Positions 1 through 8,971 of a stretch of 24,000 bases of DNA are shown here, piece by piece. This DNA is from Saccharolobus sp. E5-1-F. GTDB lineage: Archaea; Thermoproteota; Thermoprotei_A; Sulfolobales; Sulfolobaceae. The notes beneath the pieces were generated by a model. The model was not told where the DNA came from. It searched no databases and worked only from the letters and a program-made list of their open reading frames with translations. Position numbers and translations under genes: made by a program. Numbering within the stretch: the stretch's first letter is position 1; each line of letters begins with the position of its first letter. The DNA is taken from assembly GCF_009601705.1 (NCBI RefSeq), contig NZ_CP045687.1, positions 384,630 through 408,629 of the forward strand. The letters are read 5' to 3'.

Positions 1-633
1 TATAATTCCACTTCTCGGCTTGGGTATATATGTACTATATCCTTCTAAAACATTATCAACATAGAAACTGGGGTTCTCCTTGTTGACTTTTACTTTCGCT
101 TGAGATCCTGAGAAAGTGTATTTTTGTCCCTCAATGTTAATGTGCCACTTTAAATTATCTGGCAAGCCATAGACTTTTATTAAGACTGTCCTTGGGTTTA
201 CCCTCCACACTAATAATTGTGCAATATTACCTAGTTCATAGAATCCTATTAAAACCCAGTTCATTAGAAATTTTGGAATCAATTCTACTAGAAAGAGATC
301 ACATGCATACAATATGATATAAGATGTAGATAACGTAATGGCTAAAATTCCATATTTTTTTAGCGTCTTGTATTTATAAGCCTTATAAAGGAATATAGAA
401 CCTAATAAATAAGATATTGCAGAAAGTGGTAATAAAGAAGGCTTCAATATAAAAGGAGAGTATAACGTAAATGTATAAAGTATTCCAGCTAATGTAGAAT
501 ATCCAATTGAAGAAAGTGAGCCTAAGGCTATCCCATATAATATATATCCAAGAACGGGAATGATAGTAGAGACCAATATGCCATATCTAGCAAGGACGAA
601 TCTTACTTCATTTCCTTTTATCCCTCGTCTCAT
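1..633 (-). CDS. hypothetical membrane protein, partial (C-terminus beyond left window edge)
   Basis: I translated the minus strand by hand. ATG is at 633-631 and there is no in-frame stop down to position 1 (211 codons). The product begins MRRGIKGNEVRFVLARYGILVSTIIPVLGYILYGIALGSL, has about 4 hydrophobic helices, then a polar domain (NPRTVLIKVYGLPDNLKWHINIEGQKYTF). An AT-rich TATA-like element lies about 25 nt upstream. It is missing from the ORF track, probably because it is truncated by the window edge. Confidence 0.6.
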   Translation of the reverse strand, partial: MRRGIKGNEVRFVLARYGILVSTIIPVLGYILYGIALGSLSSIGYSTLAGILYTFTLYSPFILKPSLLPLSAISYLLGSIFLYKAYKYKTLKKYGILAITLSTSYIILYACDLFLVELIPKFLMNWVLIGFYELGNIAQLLVWRVNPRTVLIKVYGLPDNLKWHINIEGQKYTFSGSQAKVKVNKENPSFYVDNVLEGYSTYIPKPRSGII

Positions 634-859
634 TATTTTCGTGTATGAGCTATAAGTTAAAAATCCTTATTATCGTCCTTGAATGAAATTGACAGGAATG
701 AAATATTCCAAATAATTATTTTCCATCAGATGATTAGGTCTTATTATTCTTTAGGTTCATAATGGTAATGGTATATTTATTTGTCCAAGTAAAAATTAAC
801 GCAACATATTTCCCTTTAAATTTTTGTGTCTAAGTAAAATTTATTAATCGAAAGTTAAG

Positions 860-2544
860 AGTGGTAATATCGAAAGAAAGCAGGTCTTTGTAAGGGAAAC
901 TTCTGGCCTCATAAAGCAAGTATCCCTTACTGATGCGGTAATGCTCAATTTAGCTAACATGTCAATAGGCATAGCCTTGTTCCAATCCATATCTCCATAC
1001 ATAACACAAGGTGGAGTACTATGGATAGCATCATTGATAGGTATGTTTTTAGCGTTATCCCAAGCGCTAGTTTATACCATATTCAATAGGAAAATTGGTA
1101 GAACTGGTGGGGATTACGTATGGATTTCAAGGAGTCTAGGTGGGACAATTGGCACAATTTTCGCAGTAGCATATTTTTTGTAGTAGCTTCCTGAAAATGA
1201 CGCATAGTAGATAATGTTTAGTTTTTTCAATGTAGAATTTAAGGTGTATTTATACTGTATATGCTTAGACTATTTACGATTACTTAAATCTTCTTGAAGA
1301 GAATCTATGTTAATATTTAAGGTTTAAGGAATTTGAGGTAAATTTACGTAAAGTACTACTTTTGGAATCCACTGCATTTTATGCTATCATCTCATTCTTC
1401 TCAGCATCGTCAATCAACTCTGTATTACTAACAATTGGCTATCTTAATCATCAAAATACATTAATTTATTAGCAGAAAATATAATAGTTAATCCTTATTC
1501 TAACCCAACACTTCAGCAAAGGTTAGTATTCTATGTTATTTCAGCACTTGCATTTGGAATAATAGTACTTATAAATATTCTGCACTCTAAATGGGGATAT
1601 AAGTTAGTAACAAGCCTGGGGATTTTCTCGATCCTTACTGTAATAATTGCAATGATCGTAATTGCAATCAACAGTAATCATTTTAATTCCTCTGTATTAC
1701 CTCTACTTAAAGACTTTAATGTAACTGTGCCGTCAAACTTGCCTAAGACCATATTACCTTACTCAATATCATTACCAGCTACACTTTCTCTTTTACCTCT
1801 ATTTGCTCTCTATACGTATCCTTGGATGAACGCAGGTCCCGCTGTAGCTTCTGAGTTTAGAGGAGACAGAGTCTCTAAATTTAATGTGTTCTTCTCTCTA
1901 TTAATTACTGGAATTTTAGTAACATTAGGATTTCTTGAAATGGATGTTGTTGTGGGGTATTACTTTAATTTAAATGCTTATCCATCTGTAATTTATAACT
2001 TTTGGACAGTAGCTATGGCGTTATCCTTAAATCCAATAATACAATGGATATTGGGACTTGGGTTAATACTCTGGAATTACTTCGTCTTATCATATGGCGT
2101 CCTAGTATTTTCAAGATACGTATTTGCCTTATCGTTTGATAGAGTATTACCTGAAAAATTCTCGCAACTTAACGCACATGGATCTCCAGTTTACGCTCAC
2201 ATCTTAGACATAACACTAACGCTACTATTCCTCTTAATTCCAGTATTTTCAATAGATGCACCGTATCACTATATGGTGCGTCTATAGTTGGAATGTTATA
2301 TTTCCTAGCAGTAGGTATTTCAGCCATAACATTTGGGCAAAAGAGTAAAAGTAAGTTAATGAGGATTGCAGGTATTCTAATGACGATCTATTTCATATAT
2401 CTGACCTATGAAGCTGCAACAAATCCCCTATTCGGTTTCTCAACAACAACTGGTGTTAATATTATTACTTTGTCATTTGTGCTAGGGTCTTTCGTATCCG
2501 GCATAATAATATGGAGTATAATGAAGTACATTAATTCCAAGTAA
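860..2544 (+). pseudogene. APC-family amino acid permease, disrupted (insertion plus frameshifts)
   Basis: Collinear pieces in different frames read as one polytopic transporter: 860-1180 (frame 2, [27 protein letters not shown]...AVAYFL), 1365-1469 (frame 0, ESTAFYAIISFFSASS...), 1448-2287 (frame 2) and ~2221-2544 (frame 1). Lesions are a 184-nt insert at 1181-1364, frame changes near 1448-1470 and near 2255-2265, and no in-frame ATG upstream of 941 back to the stop at 857. Confidence 0.75.
1181..1364. mobile_element. MITE-like non-coding insertion inside the permease gene
   Basis: Removing 1181-1364 joins ...gca tat ttt ttg | gaa tcc act... and restores the continuous reading AVAYFL-ESTAFYAI. 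TTTTG is present at both junctions (1176-1180 and 1360-1364), a possible target duplication. The ends are weakly inverted (GTAGTA... / ...TACTAC). The insert has no ORF. Confidence 0.45.
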
Positions 2545-2559
2545 GGAATAGATCTATCA

Positions 2560-2949
2560 TTAACCTTTAAAGAAATTCCTCCAGAGTAGGTCAAATATTT
2601 TCTCAGAAAACATTATCAATTTCTCAACATCTTTTCCATCAAGCTCTAAGGGTATTGAATATCCTAACCTAATTTTGATCTCATCTAACAATCTGATGCT
2701 ATCCCTTTCTTTAATTCTAATTTCTGCAAGTCTATCATTATTCGAATATCTTGATATTACTCTAAAAAGCGCATCAAAATCAAGATACCACGGTATGTCA
2801 GCTCCTAACTTGATTAAGGTCGCATTTAATATCAAGTATAGGGACTCTTCGGCAGCAATAGCTGCTATTTCATAAAAGCCTGAATTAAAATTAAATTTTG
2901 ATGCACGTAAAAGTTCATTTGCTTTTTGCAATAATGGTTCTAGGTTCAT
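2560..2949 (-). CDS. HEPN-like domain protein (orphan, no adjacent nucleotidyltransferase gene)
   Basis: 129 aa, all-helical. The N-terminal pattern KANELLRASKFNFNSGFYEIAAIAAEESLYLILNATLIKLG resembles HEPN (PF05168-type) helices, with a C-terminal R..GY..P. Recognised by pattern only. Confidence 0.5.
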   Translation of the reverse strand: MNLEPLLQKANELLRASKFNFNSGFYEIAAIAAEESLYLILNATLIKLGADIPWYLDFDALFRVISRYSNNDRLAEIRIKERDSIRLLDEIKIRLGYSIPLELDGKDVEKLIMFSEKIFDLLWRNFFKG

Positions 2950-2997
2950 AATATTAACAATTAAATTACGCTTTTTAATTTTCTTTACACTTAACCT

Positions 2998-3402
2998 TTA
3001 CTTTATGGACATTTTATCAATAATTTCCTTTGGCATCTCAGTTGATTTCCAAATTTTTGGATTAATTGCTATCTGTATTACGTATCCTTCAGTTGTCAGT
3101 TCTCCATCCCTTAAAATCCTAAAGTCAAACCTTATTGTTTTGCTAGTTAAGATTTTTTGGCTCAATAAAATAGTAAGCTTATCCCCTAACTTAACTGGTT
3201 TATGATAAACTGCATGGGATTCCAATATAACAAACCACAAATTTTCATTGACTATAGGATATGGTATTCCAACTTTTTCTCTAACAAATTTTTCTATAGT
3301 ATTGGTAAAAAATCTATAATATGCAGCATAGTGTGCTATACCTTGCGCGTCAGTATCATAGATTCTAACTACGTCTTCAAAAACGTATTCTATATTCTCC
3401 AT
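2998..3402 (-). CDS. acyl-CoA thioesterase, 4HBT/YbgC-like hotdog fold
   Basis: 134 aa. The N-terminal VRIYDTDAQGIAHYAAYYRFF matches the 4-hydroxybenzoyl-CoA thioesterase family signature (v.y.DtD..G.v.ha.Y..yf). The size is typical of a single hotdog domain. Confidence 0.75.
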   Translation of the reverse strand: MENIEYVFEDVVRIYDTDAQGIAHYAAYYRFFTNTIEKFVREKVGIPYPIVNENLWFVILESHAVYHKPVKLGDKLTILLSQKILTSKTIRFDFRILRDGELTTEGYVIQIAINPKIWKSTEMPKEIIDKMSIK

Positions 3403-3452
3403 ACTCTATGCGTTATTTATTATGGTTTTTATCTTTTTACTCAAAAACGTAA

Positions 3453-4136
3453 TCATGATTTAGGAAATATAGCAACTATTGTAAGATCACTGAATTCATA
3501 GTTTTCGTTCAATAACGAAACTAAGTCATCATAATCCCTTCTTCTTTCATCATCATAACTAAGTTTCTCAAAGATCACTATTCTACAGTTTAAATTATTA
3601 TCATAAAGGAATTTAGCTATTTTTTGTGGTCCATCTTTATAAGGTTCTGGTATTACCACAGCTACACGGCCCATTTTCAATATGTTAAGAAGATCATTCA
3701 AGGATTTCGATATGTCTCCCCTTACATGTAAGGTTACAAAACCGATAAAACTTATGTCAAGACCTAGTCTAGAAAGTGCAATATTTAGAGATGATACTCC
3801 AGAGATTATGTGTACTTTGACATCTTTACTTGCGGCTATATTCTTTATTTTTTCTACGAATTGCCAGTCGGATACAGAAGGATCTCCATGATCAAGTATT
3901 GCAACATTCTCAGTTTTTCCCATTTCAATAATCTCTTCTAGTGTTTCTCTCTCTTTTTTATAAGTTAATACTACCGTTCGTTTGCCTTCCAATATTGGCC
4001 GAAATCTTTCTAAAACTGATTCCCATCCAGCAACTATTGAGCTATCCTTTATAGCCTTATATCCCTTTAATGTTATGTATTCGGGATCACCGGGACCGAC
4101 TCCAATTATGTAAACTGGAATTTCACTCACCTTCAT
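3453..4136 (-). CDS. cbiE: cobalt-precorrin-7 (C5)-methyltransferase CbiE
   Basis: 227 aa tetrapyrrole methylase fold. It has the GVGPGDPEYIT motif followed by IVAGWESVLERF, which is CbiE-like. It is the last gene of the cbi operon and overlaps the cbiG stop. Confidence 0.8.
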   Translation of the reverse strand: MKVSEIPVYIIGVGPGDPEYITLKGYKAIKDSSIVAGWESVLERFRPILEGKRTVVLTYKKERETLEEIIEMGKTENVAILDHGDPSVSDWQFVEKIKNIAASKDVKVHIISGVSSLNIALSRLGLDISFIGFVTLHVRGDISKSLNDLLNILKMGRVAVVIPEPYKDGPQKIAKFLYDNNLNCRIVIFEKLSYDDERRRDYDDLVSLLNENYEFSDLTIVAIFPKS

Positions 4137-5112
4137 AAGTTGCTACTGCAATAGTGGAATTTCTACTTATTGCAATTTTCCTCAATATTAGTTTTGAGTT
4201 ACTTCCGCCAGCTATTAGGGCCGAAATTTCAGCTACTCCTTTTAAACCAACTTGAGTAAGGGTTTTACTCGGAGGAGTAAGACATGGATTTGTAAAACTG
4301 TTTATCTCCTCTTCATTTACTAATCTAAATTTAACGTTAAATTCATCAGCTATTTTCTTGACTTCTTCTCGAATAGACGCAATAATGCCAATCCTCTCTC
4401 TTTTCAGATTGAGCCTTTCTAACACATTGAATACTCCATTTTTAATCTCATCTAATTTTACGTCCTTTTTAGACCCTATACCTATGGATATCTTTAACGG
4501 CTTAAGCCATACAACTATCTTATCCTTATACTCCTTATTGTTATTCAACGATATTATGTAATTACACTCCTCACTATTTACCTTAATATTGTCAGGGAAT
4601 TTAACGTTAATATCAACACCATCTAAGCAAACATACTCATCTCTCAGTAATGCTGCGTTTATCTTGACAATATTTTCTGGATTTAATATTTTAGCAACAA
4701 GAATGTTCGCTATTCTTTCAACACTTAACTTGCCTTTTAATTCAGCTGCTGTAGTTATTATTGGTGTAGAGTTTAAGATTATAGATAAGTCTCTTGCGAC
4801 ATCATTAGCACCCCAATGTCCACCAAGAAGGGGTATAACGTAATTTATCTTATCGTCAATACATATTATTGCAGGATCTTCAGTCTTAGATTTTGCGTAT
4901 TTACAAATAATTCTTGTGGCTCCTTCTAGTGCCATTACAAATATAATTGCATCGTAACATCTCCATACTGTTTCGACATTTGCATCTTTATACTTAAAAT
5001 GTACCACAGGTATCTCAAAATTTTTCAGCTTTTCCTTAATTATCTCACCTGCATTAAAACCATCTTCAGAAGCTGAGATTATGGCAATTCCTCGCCATAA
5101 GTTTTCTATCAT
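4123..5112 (-). CDS. cbiG: cobalt-precorrin-5A hydrolase CbiG
   Basis: CbiG-like N-terminus (GIAIISASEDG) and a C-terminal CobE-type module (ISIGIGSKKDV...IASIREE). The track ORF starts at a TTG at 5136. I prefer the ATG at 5112, 2 nt after the cbiF stop, which gives MIENLWRGIAII. Confidence 0.85.
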   Translation of the reverse strand: MIENLWRGIAIISASEDGFNAGEIIKEKLKNFEIPVVHFKYKDANVETVWRCYDAIIFVMALEGATRIICKYAKSKTEDPAIICIDDKINYVIPLLGGHWGANDVARDLSIILNSTPIITTAAELKGKLSVERIANILVAKILNPENIVKINAALLRDEYVCLDGVDINVKFPDNIKVNSEECNYIISLNNNKEYKDKIVVWLKPLKISIGIGSKKDVKLDEIKNGVFNVLERLNLKRERIGIIASIREEVKKIADEFNVKFRLVNEEEINSFTNPCLTPPSKTLTQVGLKGVAEISALIAGGSNSKLILRKIAISRNSTIAVATYEGE

Positions 5113-5114
5113 TA

Positions 5115-5903
5115 TTAATCTTCCTCTACTTTCCAAGGCCTATATGAATGATTATGCTTAGGATCATATACACTAGATCTCACCATATTCTTGATATGCT
5201 GTGGGTCTGCAGCAAGTCCTACTATTATCACTGAATCCCTATATATCTTAGCTTCTCTAACCTTACTTACGATATCAGCTAAAGTCCCTTTGATTATCTT
5301 TTGCTCAGGCCAAGTTGCACGATAAACCACTATTACTGGAGTATCATCAGTTAATCCTGCTTCCTTTAGATCGTTAACAACTCTATCAATGATATGTATT
5401 CCAGTATAGATTACCATAGTAGCTCCGATCTTTACCATTTTGGCAAAATCTTTTATAGAACCTTGCATTGGGACTCTTAATGAGGCTCTTGTTATAATAA
5501 CAGTTTGGGAAAGCTTAGGGACCGTTAATTCAATCGGTATTACAGAAGCTGCAGCTATTGCTGCTGTAATACCTGGTATAACTTCAAATGGGATCCCAGC
5601 AGCTTCTAATGCCCACATCTCTTCAAATAACGCTCCATAAATTGATGAGTCCCCGGATTTGAGTCTAGCAACCAGTTTTCCCTCACTTGCTTTTTTGACC
5701 ATTATTTCTACTATCTCATTTAAAGTAAGCGATGAACTATCGTATATTTCAGCATCTTTTCGGGACCATTTCAATATTTGTGGATTTACAAGGGAACCCG
5801 CATAGACTATTACATCAGCAGTTTCTATATACTTCTTAGCCTTCACTGTAATTAGTTCCGGATCTCCTGGACCAGACCCTATGAAAACTACTTTTCCTAC
5901 CAT
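5115..5903 (-). CDS. cbiF: cobalt-precorrin-4 C11-methyltransferase CbiF
   Basis: 262 aa with GSGPGDPELIT, RLKSGDSSIYGA, EVIPGITAAIAAAS, SQTVIITRA and VVYRATWPEQKIIKGTLADI, all CbiF/CobM-like. A GGTGAT SD lies upstream of the ATG. Confidence 0.9.
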   Translation of the reverse strand: MVGKVVFIGSGPGDPELITVKAKKYIETADVIVYAGSLVNPQILKWSRKDAEIYDSSSLTLNEIVEIMVKKASEGKLVARLKSGDSSIYGALFEEMWALEAAGIPFEVIPGITAAIAAASVIPIELTVPKLSQTVIITRASLRVPMQGSIKDFAKMVKIGATMVIYTGIHIIDRVVNDLKEAGLTDDTPVIVVYRATWPEQKIIKGTLADIVSKVREAKIYRDSVIIVGLAADPQHIKNMVRSSVYDPKHNHSYRPWKVEED

Positions 5904-5907
5904 TATA

Positions 5908-6576
5908 TCACCTTTTCTTTCTCAAAGCTATTATCATCGAAAAATAATCCTTTTCATTAATAATCTCTTTTTCCATATTAACTAACTTCTCCTCATTCAT
6001 AAAACATCTTCTAGCATAAATTAAGTCATATTTTTTAGAAAGTACTTGAGTTATTTCCTTAATGTTTTCATTAGCTTTAAGTACTACTATAGTCTCGAAT
6101 ATTTCGCTAGCTTTTTCAATAGAATCTAGTCTTGAAGCTGGTATTATACTTATTGAATCATCAGAATTCGCTAAAGATATCATGGCTTTCGAGGCACATG
6201 CAGTTATGGAAGAAACGCCGGGAATAATTTCTACGTTAATATTACATGGCAATTTATCTTTTATCCTAAAGAATGTGCTATATAACGTGGGATCACCTAA
6301 GGTGACAAAAGCAGTGTCCCCTTCACTTTCATTACAGATCTTCTCTCCTATCTTTTTCAACTCATTTTCATTAACGTCCTTTGCCATGGGAAAGCCTAAT
6401 AGAACTATCTTTGAATTGCTGTTAGCATATTTCTTAACTATGTTCTCTGCAATACTTCTATTGGTTCCAGTGGAGTATGGAACGAAGATAGTTTTAACTT
6501 CCTTAAGGATTTTAGCTCCTTTTATAGTAATTAACTCTTCATCACCGGGTCCTAAACCAATCACGTAAAGTTTCAT
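5908..6576 (-). CDS. cbiL: cobalt-precorrin-2 C20-methyltransferase CbiL
   Basis: 222 aa with GLGPGDEELIT, LGFPMAKD, VTLGDPTLYSTF and IIPGVSSITACAS (CbiL/CobI pattern). ATGA overlap with the cbiT stop. Confidence 0.85.
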   Translation of the reverse strand: MKLYVIGLGPGDEELITIKGAKILKEVKTIFVPYSTGTNRSIAENIVKKYANSNSKIVLLGFPMAKDVNENELKKIGEKICNESEGDTAFVTLGDPTLYSTFFRIKDKLPCNINVEIIPGVSSITACASKAMISLANSDDSISIIPASRLDSIEKASEIFETIVVLKANENIKEITQVLSKKYDLIYARRCFMNEEKLVNMEKEIINEKDYFSMIIALRKKR

Positions 6577-7172
6577 TGTTTTTCACCAGAAATTATAAAT
6601 ATTGGATTTCTCGCTAGCATTGCAGTACCTACCTTGGTTTTCATACCTTTTGCAATGATTACTTCTGTTATCTCTATATTAGTGAATCCAATGTTCTCCA
6701 TTGCAGATACGGCATTATTTACAGTTTCTAATAGTATAGCATCAATAACAATCCTTCCACCCTTCTTTATCATTCCCCATGAGGCTGATACAATTTCCTT
6801 AATTTTCTCTGACCCACCTCCAATAAAAATCCTATCAAACTTCTCATTAATCATAAACAATACCTCTGGTGCTTCACCTTTAATGAGAACTATATTGTTT
6901 AAGACTCCGAATTTTTCAGCATTTCGTCTAGTTAAGTTAATTGCTTTCTCTTCTTTATCTATACCGTAAACTTTCCCATCACTTCCAACTAGTAATGAAG
7001 CCTCTACAGTAACGCTTCCCGTGCCACATCCAATATCTAAGACTGTATCACCTTTTCTTATCCTCAATTTGGATAAAGCCAAAGCTCTTATCTCCTCTTT
7101 AGTCATTGGTATTTCCTCATCTCTCTCAAAGAAGTTATCCGGAATTCCCGGTACAATGTAGTTCCATTCCAT
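6573..7172 (-). CDS. cbiT: cobalt-precorrin-6B (C15)-methyltransferase, decarboxylating, CbiT
   Basis: 199 aa. N-terminal GIPDNFFERDEEIPMTKEEIRALALSKL plus the class I SAM motif VLDIGCGTGSVT, which is typical CbiT. Confidence 0.9.
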   Translation of the reverse strand: MEWNYIVPGIPDNFFERDEEIPMTKEEIRALALSKLRIRKGDTVLDIGCGTGSVTVEASLLVGSDGKVYGIDKEEKAINLTRRNAEKFGVLNNIVLIKGEAPEVLFMINEKFDRIFIGGGSEKIKEIVSASWGMIKKGGRIVIDAILLETVNNAVSAMENIGFTNIEITEVIIAKGMKTKVGTAMLARNPIFIISGEKQ

Positions 7173-8222
7173 TTAACATCCCACCCTACTTAAAGATTCT
7201 CCATCGTAATCGAAAATAATTACGCAAAAGTTTATATCATCATTAAAACTTTTTATCCTACTCAATATTTTCTCCGCTACAATTTTCATTACCTTTCTCC
7301 TCTGCTCCTTTGTCATATACGTGAAAGCCTCTTCAACTGATAAAGCGTTTGATATTTTAATTAGAACATCATAGGGAAGTCCTGCTAGAACTGAAGCGTG
7401 AGTTAATGACTCCAGTCTAGCGTCACCTTGTGAATAATGAGTGTTGAAAATACCTGCATATACTTTAAGAAGTTTTGCAGGTAATCCAGCTAGTATTATC
7501 TTCTTGAAAAGACTACTCGCTAACTTTATCGAATCTCCTATCCTATCCCCTACTTTTATAATACTGGTACTGTCAAATAACTCTGATGCGTACTTTGCTG
7601 CAGAATTTCCTGGGGCAATTACTACGAAGTCATAAGACTGCTTAATTACGTTAAGCTCACATTTAATATGCTCTAAGTAATCCTCATCGCTAATTGGCGT
7701 CTCAATACCCGTAGTACCTAGTATTGAGATTCCACCTACTATTCCAACCATTTTATTTAAGGTATTTTCAGCAAGGCTTTCTCCATTTGGTACCTCAATT
7801 AATATCTGTATTCCTTTATCTGTAACTTCCCTTATTGCGTTAATTATCATATCCTTTACAGTAGGACTTATAGCCATCTCCCCCATAGTTGCCTTTAATC
7901 CACTTCTGGTAACTTTACCAACCCCCTTTCCTCCAACTATAACGATTTCATTATTCTCATTTAATTTAACGCAACATCTAATTACTAATCCATCTAGTAT
8001 ATCTGGATTATCTCCAGAAAATTTCTTAACTTCCGCACATGCAATTTCATTCTGTATCTCAACTTTTTCCACTGGTATTTCAAGTCTTAATCCTATAGGC
8101 GTGGGTATTACTACCGTGCTTCTTTTCTCTTTATTAAGTAATCCTATAACGGCTGCCTTTGCGGCTGCAGAAGCTGCTGCTCCAGTGGTTATTCCAAATC
8201 TTTTCAAAGAGTTTATTATCAT
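7173..8222 (-). CDS. cbiD: cobalt-precorrin-5B (C1)-methyltransferase CbiD
   Basis: 349 aa with [15 protein letters not shown] near the N-terminus and [14 protein letters not shown], both CbiD hallmarks. Confidence 0.9.
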   Translation of the reverse strand: MIINSLKRFGITTGAAASAAAKAAVIGLLNKEKRSTVVIPTPIGLRLEIPVEKVEIQNEIACAEVKKFSGDNPDILDGLVIRCCVKLNENNEIVIVGGKGVGKVTRSGLKATMGEMAISPTVKDMIINAIREVTDKGIQILIEVPNGESLAENTLNKMVGIVGGISILGTTGIETPISDEDYLEHIKCELNVIKQSYDFVVIAPGNSAAKYASELFDSTSIIKVGDRIGDSIKLASSLFKKIILAGLPAKLLKVYAGIFNTHYSQGDARLESLTHASVLAGLPYDVLIKISNALSVEEAFTYMTKEQRRKVMKIVAEKILSRIKSFNDDINFCVIIFDYDGESLSRVGC

Positions 8223-8971
8223 AGTTCATATTTCCTCTCGTAACCTCTTGGCGTTATCATGTAGTTTTTATAGCTATATGTAAGCGAGTTTCCTATTATC
8301 ATCGTAGTAGTCATACCTATTTCATTCATATGCTCTTTCCATGATGATAAGGTTGTGATTACTATGTTCTCATTATTCCTATATGCACTCTTAACTAACC
8401 CTACTGGGGTATTTGGCTTCCTATATTTTGAAACTATATCCATAACTTCAATTAATAAATTCTCATTAATTAAATTATAAAATACTATTACGAAATCACC
8501 CTCTGCAGCCTTAGTTACTTTATGTAAAATTTCCTCTCGTGGTATTAACAGATCACTTAAGCTTATTACGACGAAGTCGAGAGAAAGAGGACTTCCCAAT
8601 CTTGCAGCAGCTGCCAGCGCAGCAGTTACTCCAGGTATTACTTCAACGTCTAAATCCAATTTTCTTCTGGCGATCAAGTCAAAAACCAAACCTGCCATTC
8701 CATAGACTTGAGGATCGCCACTAGATACTAAGGCAACTGTATTGTTGGAATCTAAGGCTTTTTCTATTGCAGTATTAGCCCTAAATACTTCCTCTTTCAT
8801 TCTAGCCCCTATTACTTCCTTTTTGCCATCTAGGACGTCAGATATTAACCTTAAGTACGTATTATATCCAATTATTACGTTTGACTTTTCCAAAACTTCT
8901 TGTGCCCTTATAGTTCTTTGATCTTTTGATCCCGGTCCGATTCCAACAATATATAATTTCCCCAATTTCAT
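8219..8971 (-). CDS. cbiH: cobalt-precorrin-3B C17-methyltransferase CbiH
   Basis: 250 aa with [45 protein letters not shown] and [13 protein letters not shown] (CbiH/CobJ pattern). 4-nt overlaps on both sides. Confidence 0.9.
   Translation of the reverse strand: MKLGKLYIVGIGPGSKDQRTIRAQEVLEKSNVIIGYNTYLRLISDVLDGKKEVIGARMKEEVFRANTAIEKALDSNNTVALVSSGDPQVYGMAGLVFDLIARRKLDLDVEVIPGVTAALAAAARLGSPLSLDFVVISLSDLLIPREEILHKVTKAAEGDFVIVFYNLINENLLIEVMDIVSKYRKPNTPVGLVKSAYRNNENIVITTLSSWKEHMNEIGMTTTMIIGNSLTYSYKNYMITPRGYERKYEL

Noticed and set aside
2406-2594. 62-aa minus-strand ORF overlapping the 3' end of the permease and the HEPN stop. Also 2675-2875 (+), 3005-3205 (+), 3202-3501 (+), 9804-10004 (+), 11198-11404 (+), 11550-11780 (+) and 12143-12343 (-)
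   Set aside because: Each overlaps a better-supported gene on the opposite strand and shows no motif, promoter or SD.
5113-5136. TTG start of cbiG at 5136, giving a 22-nt overlap with cbiF
   Set aside because: The ATG at 5112 lies 2 nt after the cbiF stop and yields a typical CbiG N-terminus. The TTG extension (MESRGRLI) is probably an artefact of longest-ORF calling. This cannot be excluded without proteomics.
6062-6568. 168-aa plus-strand ORF, with similar ones at 6634-6969, 5440-5640, 4358-4561, 4589-4843, 3682-3891, 7441-7635, 8101-8283, 8539-8724 and 9083-9508
   Set aside because: All lie antisense to cbi genes that have unmistakable family motifs. Their products are low-complexity Ser/Leu/Ile/Phe-rich strings with no motifs. 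They are typical shadow ORFs of AT-rich genomes.
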